This document shows, piece after piece, positions 52,357 to 64,000 of a stretch of DNA of 64,000 nt (position 1 is the stretch's first letter; every line of letters begins with the position of its first letter). A model generated the notes under the pieces. That model ran no database searches and had not been told where the DNA came from. It saw only the letters and a program-made list of their open reading frames with translations. The translations under genes and the position numbers were made by a program. Source of the stretch: Utricularia gibba (taxonomy: Eukaryota > Plantae > Magnoliophyta); contig NEEC01000013.1 of assembly GCA_002189035.1 (NCBI GenBank), positions 1,364,001 to 1,428,000 on the forward strand. Reading direction: 5' to 3'.

Positions 52357-52727
52357 TGGGCTGGCCTTACAAGGAACAGCTTAGGGAAGGTGGTGCAAGA
52401 GGATATGTTGCAGGGATGATTGATTTTACAACGATGATGGACTCATGGAAGCTATTTCACAGCGGCCCTTAAGGTTGCTGTGTACCATATTTCTGATGTT
52501 ACCGTGATTTCCTGATTTTGACATCATTTGTACGAGTCTTCTAGTAGAGGAGGTCTCTGTAATCTAGTTGCATTTACCTGCTTAGTGCTCTCATTTTCAA
52601 TGAGAATACTCGATTAAACCAGCAGCTCTCATTTTCACCACAAAAAGAGTTGATGTATCCATAGCAAATGAAGATTCACAAAACGGGTTACTTAAAGTTT
52701 AATCCCTGTTAGAAGATGCATGAAGTT

Positions 52728-55524
52728 TTAATTCTGTGAAAGGATCACCCCAGCTGCGAAGAGTGCTTCCCTGCCACGTTCCACAATCTCATGGTTCCTG
52801 TTACATGATTAAATATGTCAGTCAGGAAAACATGTAGAAAATGAGACATGGTTCATAAGGGAAACAACAGTAGTTCGGCACAAGGGGTGTTTCTCACGGA
52901 TTTTCTTGTCTCAGGTGAATGAAAGCCCTTGATATGTTTCTACAGACTTCCAATACGTTGTTTTTGACATCCGGTGCAGGTAATCCTTTGGACATGGGGT
53001 TATGCAGAGTTGCTAAATATGCCTGGAAGAATGGATCTAGAGCACATCAGATGAACTCATAGTTCAGGAACTGAACGCATCAGACCTCTCAGTAACATGA
53101 TGAAGAGCACACATTCATTTTAAATGAACGGAACATTCCCAAATGAATAATGATTATAACCTGGAAAGCATAAGACAAGAGCAATTGAACAGTCTCCGAG
53201 CTCAGCTTTCTAAGTATATTCCTTGTGGTTTTAATGTCCAAAAACCACTTCAACACAGTTTCGAAGGTCAGGGTGTTAAGAGACACATTTGACCTCCTTG
53301 TTTGAACTGAGGCCTGAAACAGAAGAAAGCAGAAGCAGTCATTGATTTTAGAGTTCAATGCAGATACTGGGTTCGTTCCTCAACAGATTAAACTGGATAA
53401 ATGGGTCTGAATTTCAGAAAATTTAAAATACCTTGGGGTGGTATTTCTGGAAATACTGTACTATAATTTCAAGTCTTTGTTTACAATCAAAGGCCTGTTC
53501 ATCATCCCCCAGTTAAACATTAATTAATTTCTAAAGCGAGCCAAGTAAATCACGAAAAAAACATCCGGAGCACAAAGAGTAGTAGGAGAGTGATTACATG
53601 AAGAAAAGAACAGAGAAGATCACTATCATAGGTCAGTTCATCCAAAATGATTTCCACAACCGGAGTTCTGCAAGGGGCAGAGTATAAGGGATGGCCCTAT
53701 TTGAACACCAATAGCAATTAAAAGAAGATCTCGAAGGGAACAGGATGAAATGTACCTAAGACGATCAGCCCTGCTGGTCAGACCGTTATCACTAGCATGC
53801 TTCCAAGATGAGTCTAGCTCTATTACCTACTACGTACATGTAATGGTCATAGGATGATCACTTCAAGAGATATCCTATAAAGCATCGTGGATTTAACATA
53901 CCATTATGAAAAGTTTCCTAAGGAAGTTGCAAGTAGACCTTTTCACTTCAGGAAAAGCCAGGAAAACGACTCGATTGTTGTCATTTGGTAGATTTTTCAA
54001 AACGTTTTCAAGGAAGTTAGCCTTTTCAGAAATCAGGGACCAATTAGATAGGTTCGACATGATTGATATGCAGTCCTTCATCAATGTTTTAAAAATTATT
54101 TTCCTTGATCCCTGAAGTAGAACTTTTAAAATGAGCAGAATGGGCAGCAGTAGGGTTGAAATAAGCAAACTTGGAACTCATTGTCCGTAAAATATAGATA
54201 CTTAAGTGAAAGCATACCAGCAGCATGTTTATCAGGGACTCCCTCACCAGGGTCCAATTGAAACTATCTGTAGACAGAACATTTAGTAAAAAGATTCCAA
54301 AAAAGGGTCATTAGAAGGTAAAGATAGTTTACCTCGATAGGCATCATTACGAGGCCAAAAATCACCCTCAAGAACACTGATGAGGTATTGAAATAGTAAT
54401 AATTTCAAGGACTGAAAGAAAAAAAATCGATGTCGAAACACTGCAATGTAAAATATTATTGCATGTAATATACTCACTGCCGTTTCTAATCCATCAGACT
54501 TCAAAACTTTTGTAATTTCAGCAATTTCTTGCACAAGACCTTGAATACCCTGAAGGCAAAGCAAAGTTCCCGCAGTTGAAATATTTCAAGGATTAAGAAA
54601 ATGATCAGTGAAAGAAAAGGAGGGCCTTTGACCCACCGAAAAATCCAAGGAATTCTTTGAATGGTTTTCTGCGTCGCCCTTCTCATTCAAGCTGGCTGAT
54701 CCAAAATTGAAAGGCTTCCAAGCCTGATGCATTTCAAGGATAAGGTGGCCAGCACCAGATCATGAAACTATGCGGAAGATTACCCCTTCATTGAGGAGGT
54801 TCCTAAATAACTGAAGATTACCCCTTCATTCAGAACTATGCTGCAGGTATCTCTTGAGTTGGAAGATGAATTTGATTCATCACTTTTGGATGCAGAAACT
54901 CGAGGGAACCGCTTTTCACATTACCGGAGAGCGAGAGAGAGTTGAGATAAATCAAACAACATATCTGACGTTAAACAACCCCCATGCTTAAAAAAAGCTA
55001 GCTTTACTACCTTGTCCAAATCCATAAGTAGGTCATAACTCTCCACTCCTAGATCAAATGAATCTTCCTCCCTCAGAATATGCAAGATGGCATCATAAAT
55101 ATTTCTGCAACACCAAATATTCCAATAGGGCCTTCGCCATTATATATAAAAAAAAAAAACTTGCAGTGACAACAACAACGCATATACAAAGTAGCCCCAA
55201 GGACGAGTAACACACCCACTGGGACGGTTTCCATTATCCGGAAGAAGAAAAGTAGTTCGAACCGCTTCCAAAAAGGTACGCCCTGAAACAGATGATTAAA
55301 AAGGAAGAAGGAACTTGAAATCACGCGTGACAGAGCATTGAATTGAAATAGCCGGAGTTTCGTTCGGAGCGGAAGAATGACTAACTGTCGTCATTGAGGT
55401 GGTGAGAAGAATTGGAATTAGTGAAACCAGAGTTGTCGAGAATCGCCATTGTATTCTCGTCCAATCCATCTGCAGCGCCGCTGCAGCTGTCCTGCCGCCC
55501 TGATCTTCCCCGCCCGCCCTTCAT
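52728..55524 (-). CDS. SNI1: SUPPRESSOR OF NPR1-1 INDUCIBLE 1 (SNI1; SMC5/6 complex subunit), 15 exons
   Basis: Hand-spliced product has GLDENTMAILD, TFLEAVR, AWKPFNFGS, DFWPRN, NWTLVRESLINMLL, SRKIIFKTLMKD, TPVVEIILDELTYD, VQTRRS and GREALFAAGVIL, which follow the SNI1 sequence as I recall it. All phases close. Confidence 0.85.
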
Positions 55525-55625
55525 CTTTCCCAACTCCCGCAAATAATCAAACAAACAAACCAAAAATAAAAGCTGTACGTTGGGGAATTTTAAACTGAGA
55601 GGCGTCAATAAAGGAACAAAATATT

Positions 55626-55698
55626 TTCCGTTGCCGGGACTCGAACCCGGGTCTCTCGGGTGAGAGCCGAGTATCCTAACCATCTAGACTACAACGGA
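55626..55698 (-). tRNA. trnE-CTC: tRNA-Glu(CTC)
   Basis: TCCGTTGTAGTCTAGATGGTTAGGATACTCGGCTCTCACCCGAGAGACCCGGGTTCGAGTCCCGGCAACGGAA: full cloverleaf, CTC anticodon. Confidence 0.97.
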
Positions 55699-55794
55699 GA
55701 TGTTCTTCTAGGAATGAGGATGACATAAAACACATAGTCAAAACTCTGTTTCATCAACTCATGACTGCATATCAAGGCAAAGCACTACCACCCC

Positions 55795-57249
55795 TTAGTC
55801 TGAAACCAGGGCGTCGAGCACAGGATGGAGAGTCTTGCAAACTTGTTCATAAGTCGTCTCCGTAGGGTGAACAGAGTCCCAAAATAGATACTTGGATGCA
55901 TCAACGCAAACTGGAGACCCGGAGTTGCAGAAGAAAGATGCTTCCAGTAAGCCCGATCCACAACATCCAACGCTAACCTTCTCAAAACCTGCACACAAGA
56001 AAGTTTTAAAACACAGGCAGCTACACTAAGAGGCACTTTTAGACCAACGGCTCACCATTCTTGTGGCCAAGGATCATTGCTTCTACTGATTTGTAGATAT
56101 CAAGATACACGAATCGGGATTCCGGTCTCCTCAGTCGAATCTGCAGTGAGCTCAGCTCGTTTTGCAGCATCTGGTTGTAGTTTCTAGCCAGGGTACAGAA
56201 GCTCTCAATGCAGCCACGTTTGTTTAGTGGATCATCCGAGTAGCGAGTTATGACGAAGGGCACGCAACCCATCGGCGGCAGCCCCGCGACTCCTATCCTG
56301 TTTGCACCTTCATCGACCAGTCCCTGGAAAGCAGTGGCATGCAAGAAGAAAAGAACTGATCTTTTAAAGGATCTAGAATTTCTCCAAACACCTTCAGTGC
56401 ACGCTAGAAAACGAAAATGGATTAACGAACCTGGATGAATAGCCGGGAATTTTCTAGCAAGAAACTTGCGTAACCTAGAACGGTGTATCTCTGTCTCCTA
56501 ATCGGGATCGTGAAGTAATTGACGACGAAATCATTCGTGCCAGCGCTGACAATAAACACCGCCTCGCTGATCAATTCTCTGGTTTTCTCCGCTCCAATGG
56601 ATGCTTCCAGTACCCGTTTGTAATCTCTGAAGTGATTCAGCTGCTCCGTGAGAGCGATCACATTCTGTCGATCAAACGAAAAACATGGAATGGAATCTGA
56701 TACTTGGAGAAAAAACCGAAACTTGAACTTGGGAAGAAACCAGACACTTATACTCGGCGTTAGAGGGTCAAATCCGGATCCGGCGGAGGCAAAGCTGACG
56801 CCGGTGATGAGCTCCTCGAGGCTGAGGCTGGGGTCCAGATATGGAGGTACGTAGTCCTTAACCCCCAGGTACTCCGCTGCAAAATCATTCATTAGCCCTT
56901 AATTACAGTCATTAAACATGAAATAACCGCGGTTCATTTTCCTTTTGTGTGAAATAAGTGAATAAGATTTTTCACATTCTTCTCTGTGACGCGGTTCTCA
57001 TTTCTCACCGATGAAGTCCGTCGGGAGACGGCCGTTGGTGAACCTTCCGGTGGCAGTGTGGTTAACAAAATCCTTTCCGTACGGCCAGAAGTTGCTCTTA
57101 AACGCCGTCAAAATGTAGTTGTTGTTCCCAGGATCCACCGTGGAGTCGCCGAATACCAGAATCGCCGGCGTTGAAGCGAATACGGGCACGACGACGAAAA
57201 GCATACAGCACAGCAAAAAGCAGGTGGGGTGTTTGGGTTCCGGGAGCAT
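55795..57249 (-). CDS. GDSL esterase/lipase 2, secreted, 5 exons, catalytic Ser and DxxH intact
   Basis: [64 protein letters not shown]. Confidence 0.93.
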
Positions 57250-58106
57250 TTTCCTTGGCGACGCTGTGGAGTCTGGATCAAGACAAACGGATACTGAGCG
57301 AGTCTCAGGCCCAAGCGATGGCGAATTCATTGGGTAACTAAATAATGCTCCAGAATTCCAGACTATGGACAGATATTTTCCCCCGCACCCGAGGTTAGCT
57401 TCTATCGTTTTGAAATTCGTGCACGTTTCAATATTTAAATATGGAATATCCGGGGTTTGATGAAGATACCGTAGCAGAGACTCCCCCGTTCGCCGTAGCT
57501 GCCGTTCAGAAGACACTGTGCATTCTCCGGGATCTCATCAGCAATTTTTGTGAACAGTGAACAACTCTTATTTGCATATGGAATGCGAAGTTACCATATG
57601 AACGTTCATCATTTTGAGAAGTACATTATTCTAATCTGTAGTGGCACGCTGACATATACCTTCTACATGAACAGCCTTGGTGGGAGTTGAATGAGGCATG
57701 GCGATGGATAAGCCTTTCTTGCAGCAAAGTTGAGAATGAGACGCCATTTCTCAAAATGAGCTTTGTAAGTCATCTGTTTTTACTGCTCACGCTTCTATAT
57801 CGCATCACTGGAGATTGCATCTAAGCTTCAACGAACTTACAATTGTTGCTTCTCTGACCGGCAATGTTTCTAGAGCCGTTCAGATGCTATCGGAAACGGT
57901 TGAAAAAGCCAGAGCTTGATTACTTTTCACCATCACCAGGATGCACCAAGAGTTCTTCAGATGATAAAGATGGTTTACACTGAAAATGCATTGGCGATGT
58001 GTTTCCCCAATGAAATGTCACATTTACAAATAATCTTCATTTATTCATACAAAACAATCAAGGTTTAGGCTACTGTGAGTTACAGGCCGGGGAATCCTGA
58101 AGTCAC

Positions 58107-59604
<1,498 letters not shown>

Positions 59605-59776
59605 TTACAGACACCCCTCCATTTGTCATCAACACCGAATTCTCAAGCATGAAAATCCCATAAATAAATACAGTTTTTTTTATTGAAACCGGTGCGTTGA
59701 TGTCATCTGAATTCAAGATCGAAAAAAAAAAAAATTACGCCATTACACTGTCGAATCCAAATTAGCAGAACTCAGT

Positions 59777-61312
59777 CTAATACAAGTGAGTAGGAGAGTA
59801 GGTGAGCGGCGGCGAAGCAAACGTTCCCTGAAGCAAACCGGCGGCGATGTGACGGTAAGCCGCCTCCGTGAGGTGGATGCCGTCCCAATTCATATACTTA
59901 GTGGGATCTACGCACGCCTTGGAGCCCTCGTGCCCGCATCTTGCTGAGGTGTTGAAGTTGTAGGGGCCTCCACCCCCACAGCATGCTACTAATGACCCCT
60001 CAGTAAATCCTAAATCAACGAACAGAAATGGGGCCAAATTATTGCGGTAGATATTTTGTTTACCCAAGTAAAAGTAAATAGTAAATTAAATTGACTTTTT
60101 TTAATTATGTTCTAGAAGTTTCTGGTGGACGCACCGTAATGTTTGGGAGCGTGGAAAAGTCTCTTGGCAGCACCGAAATAGTCGGCGTAGGTGATCCTGG
60201 CGTAGGGATACTTTTCCCTCAACTTTTCCAACGCAAGCTTCAGCTGAGAATTATGGAACCTGGAGAAATCATTGTGAGCCGTAAGGCACCCGTGCCGATC
60301 ATACGCCGCCGTATCGGGAGTTCTGTAAAGTGTCAGATACAGAGCGCTGCATCCGATCGGAAAATTCCCCGCCACCATAAGTTCTCTCGCGCCTTCCTCA
60401 ATCAAAACCTGTGGTGAATGTTCACAGCATTGAGAATCAATTACGAAATCCGTGACCTAGGGCGCTAGAGCTTACGGAGGCAGTGGTGACGATTGAATTA
60501 ACCACCAGCGGTACCATTGCTTGAGCATCGGAAATCCTACCGCCGACGAAGAAAGGGTAATTGAAATCGTTGCCGCCGATTTCTCCGACGAGAAACAACG
60601 ATTTCTTGAAATAATCGTCGCATTCTGTAGAGAATCAAATCGCGTGAAATTGAATGTGCTTGGAATCTGATTTGATCCTTGTAGATCTGCTTACCTTGCT
60701 TGGTGGAACAGAGACTGGATTTGAGTTTCTTGAACCACTGGAGCTGGACACTGAGTGAATCGTTCGTCCATAAGAGCTGGCCGATTTTCCTGTCGTAGAA
60801 GAACTGTGCGTCCAGTGCGGTAGCGCCGGCGACGGCGAAATTGGCTCCGTGCTTAAACTTTTCCGCGTTGTTTTCGCCGGACAAGTACGGCGGAAGCAAC
60901 GGCAATCCATATGCCTCCGCTGCAAATGTAATAATGAGACAATTATGAACAACGACTTTAGTCGAAAACATGCCACGTCACCTTAATTACACCTGCATTT
61001 TTTCCTTATTAGAAACAAGAAACCACAAATGTGTACTTTCCTTCCTTAAAAAACAAACAAAACACCCCTCTATCCTGCCGTACCGATGAAGTCGACGATG
61101 AGCCGGCCGTCGGAGCACCGCCCGGTAGCACGATGAAAGAACGTTTCACCGTAAGGCAGTTTCGCGATCACCGGAAACCTGACCGCCGACCCTGATAGAA
61201 GAAAGTTTCCGGTGTCCGCCAGCGAATCACCGAAGCTGAAAATGGATTCATACTGGGAGCAGACGGTCCCCAGAAAGGCAAAGAGCAGAGCTGAAATGAG
61301 CACCACCTTCAT
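59777..61312 (-). CDS. GDSL esterase/lipase 3 (different subclade from GDSL-1 and -2), 5 exons
   Basis: [83 protein letters not shown]. Confidence 0.93.
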
Positions 61313-62682
61313 GGAATCCAGGCCACACTCAAACATCACAGTGGGATGAGACGTTCTAAATATGAGGTAAAATGAGACAACATAATCGAGCGCTATAAAG
61401 AATCCGACCGGGGGCCACCGCGGGTTCGGATGAATTAACTCACGGCAATCATCTGAAAAAGCTGACATTGAATGTCTCCGCTCGTCGGCGTCGGTGGCCG
61501 AAATGATCACCCCCCCCCCCCCGAGCCACATGGTGGGATCGGGTTAAAGTGAAAGACTTTAAATTAACCACAAAAAACAATCACTATTATTTCATATTAT
61601 ATATGTATGTAATGATTTCAATGCATTTTTCGATCCAATTATATCATAATCCATCATCTTTTTACACATTTAGTCAATAGTTTCGTGTTTTTCTAATATT
61701 TTATATATTGTAAAAAATATGAGATTGACTAGATTTACCACCTAAATCTTGTACAAAACGATTTACCTGAGCATGGTGTAAAAATCTTTGATATGAATTC
61801 TAAAATTTAAATATGTTTAACCTGAGGTAATTTCAAGATGGATTACCACTTGGGAAATCCTTAGACAAATATAGTAAAAACGTAAAATAGTAAAAATTGA
61901 ATGTCTAAAATGGATAATACTTGAATTTTTCTATTTTAAGTTTTTTATTTAATTGAACTTAATGTAATTTTGAATTTAATTCATGATTCAAAAATATTTA
62001 TATTTAGCCTAAAAATAAAGTGAATGTAAAATAGATTATTTATTGAAAATTTTTCTATATCATCTAATTTTTGGGTATATTAGAAAATGATTATTCATCA
62101 AGAATTATATAAGAAAATAACAATCATACGTATAATATTTTGCCTTGCTGTATATGAAAGAAAGTTACCGTGCCAACTTTTCTAAATGAGGCACTAATTT
62201 TTAGCTAATTAATCGTACTTGTCATGTTTAAGATACAAAATATGGCTATTTTTATTGTAAAAATTATGAATTATATTTACATAATGCATTTATTAGCCAC
62301 TATTTTTTAACATTTCTACTTACAAAGTTGATCTCTCATGTTTCATTCAACCTAATTCACATGTCATATGATGGAAACTAATCAGATGTTTCAAAAACTA
62401 CACCTCATCCTACAAGGGTCTATAACTATTACATGGAGAAAGACACGTGGGGCAATAACCGCATCCAACTACTGACCTGGTGTAATGCACCAATGTGAAT
62501 AATTGAGTCAGTGTGTGATGACACTGAGTCATGGGGAAAACAGTAATTGTTTAGATTATTTTTTTGGAAAAAAAATAAAATATGACAGAGAAGAAGTGGT
62601 CGCTGTAATAAATAAAAAGCCGCAATATTAGTTGTGCGTCCATCTCATACTCAATTATCATTTTTCAATTTTAACTAAAAGA

Positions 62683-63202
62683 GAAAATTACTAAAATAAT
62701 CTCTACTATTTATCTAAATATCATAATTGATTCATATAAATATTTTTTTAACAATTATTGTTTCAGAAGCATTCATAATTGGTTCATATTATTTAAAAAT
62801 CGGACAAAAATACTCCTATTTTTTTTATACAAATGATATGATTGATCCTCAACGCCAACGGTAAATGTGACTCGTCCTTGCAATCGCCACCCGGTTGCTC
62901 ATCGTCCATTGCCCATGCTCGTTCAATCGAAAAAAAATGAGAACTAATTTTATCAAATTATAAAATAATATGGATTAAATATATCCAGTATTTAAATTTT
63001 TAGGGATCAATTATAATTGGTATTTAAAATATAAGGACAAAATATTATTGAATACAAATAAATTAGAGATTAAATATGATCGATATGTCAAAATGTTGAA
63101 ACTAAATATATTTAGTACGTCAAAATGTGAAGACTAAATACAGTAATAAAGATAAATTATATTATTTTCATTAAATATTAGAGACTAATTGTTATAATTT
63201 TC
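62683..63202. mobile_element. Mutator-like MITE, about 520 bp
   Basis: Left end GAAAATTACTAAAATAATCTCT versus reverse complement of right end GAAAATTATAACAATTAGTCTCT. GGACTAAA-like motifs recur about every 31-33 bp in the right arm; GC-richer centre; the 9-bp flanks match at only 6/9. Confidence 0.6.
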
Positions 63203-63210
63203 ATTAAATT

Positions 63211-63280
63211 ATTATTAGAATAAATAATCTTACATTAGAAAATAAAAATATAATAATCAAGTATATAAAAAATTATGAAT
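63211..63280 (+). repeat. Dispersed AT-rich repeat, copy B (copy A at 1898-1968)
   Basis: Direct alignment as given for copy A; lies directly right of the Mutator-like MITE. Confidence 0.7.
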
Positions 63281-63540
63281 TACTAATAATTGATTTAGTC
63301 TAATATTTTTTAATGTGATTTATATTTTTGTATACTTGGATTTCACTTGATCTCACCCTATAAATCAGATCTTGAATTTCAAAAAATATAAATATTGGGT
63401 ATGAACGCGAGTATTACCTTTAATTAAAATAAAAATATATCTGCTTGAGGTGAGAGGCAAATTCCCGGGAGCCGGTTGGCCCAAGAGGTAAAACATGGAA
63501 TCGGACGCCCGGTTGGAAAACGAAGAAAAAAGGGGGAAAA

Positions 63541-64000
63541 ATGGAGTCTTTATCGGCTTCAAGATACTGTGTGAACCCCCTGCCGGTTTCTTTACCTGGT
63601 TCTGTCGATTCATTTTCCGTTTCCTTTCCATTCAGTCGTGGTAAACTAGTATTTCAATCGCTCCGTCGAGTTGCGAATTCAATGGCGGCTGAGCAGATCC
63701 CAGCAAGGACTGTTGCTTCTGTGCCGGATTCTTCGATGAAGCTTTTGTTTGTTGAGATGGGCGTCGGTTATGATCAACATGGGTACCCTCTATTTTTTAT
63801 GTTTTTTTTGGTAGATGATTACGGGGCTTAGGAATGGGTTAAACAGACAGGATATAACTTCGGCAGCAATGAGGGCTTGTAGAGACGCCATTTCTTCCAA
63901 CTCCATCCCTGCTTTCAGGAGAGGTATTTTCTTAGTATTCTTATTGTGTTTGTATTGTTGCTCATTCGCGATGCTTGAATTTGTCCCATGAGCGCGCTTT
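63541..64000 (+). CDS. Plastid-targeted Lin0512-family protein, 5-prime part (continues beyond the window)
   Basis: Ser-rich transit peptide, then KLLFVEMGVGYDQHG|QDITSAAMRACRDAISSNSIPAFRRG, the family signature as I recall it. Confidence 0.75.

Noticed and set aside
57250-57516. 89-aa in-frame extension upstream of the GDSL-2 signal peptide
   Set aside because: It starts at a non-ATG codon and would bury the signal peptide; no motif recognised.
57400-58050. Possible decayed gene between GDSL-2 and Nudix
   Set aside because: Only very short peptide resemblances (KIADE, SFNS); equally explained as Nudix 3-prime UTR plus GDSL-2 promoter.

Overview
Gene-dense eudicot nuclear DNA with spliceosomal introns. 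It holds 20 recognisable protein-coding genes, one clear pseudogene (ADH-like), two tRNA genes and AT-rich MITE-like spacers. Gene order: RPL23(-), Aux/IAA(+), WDR26-like WD40(-), ALE2-like kinase(+), PsaE(-), TRM/DUF4378(+), Gly-rich wall protein(-), pectate lyase(-), ADH-like pseudogene(+), Alba(+), SDI1-like TPR(+), VAMP72(-), tRNA-Met(-), OPA3-like(+), WOX9-like(-), GDSL-1(+), DTD1(+), SNI1(-), tRNA-Glu(-), GDSL-2(-), CoA-Nudix(-), GDSL-3(-), Lin0512-family(+, runs off the window). Best leads: (1) a tRNA-Glu inside the 270 bp between the GDSL-2 stop and the SNI1 start, all on one strand (candidate mRNA-tRNA-mRNA unit); (2) GDSL-1 with its catalytic Ser replaced by Ala; (3) an in-frame, presequence-like N-terminal extension on DTD1; (4) Aux/IAA, Alba and VAMP72 each broken by the same lesion, a G/C run of 4 where 5 restores the frame (most likely assembly error; if real, each loses one regulatory domain); (5) a TRM gene with decayed N-terminal exons; (6) many short duplications and a 520-bp foldback. 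No clearly new multi-gene system can be proven from sequence alone. All exon calls were made by hand and no database searches were run.
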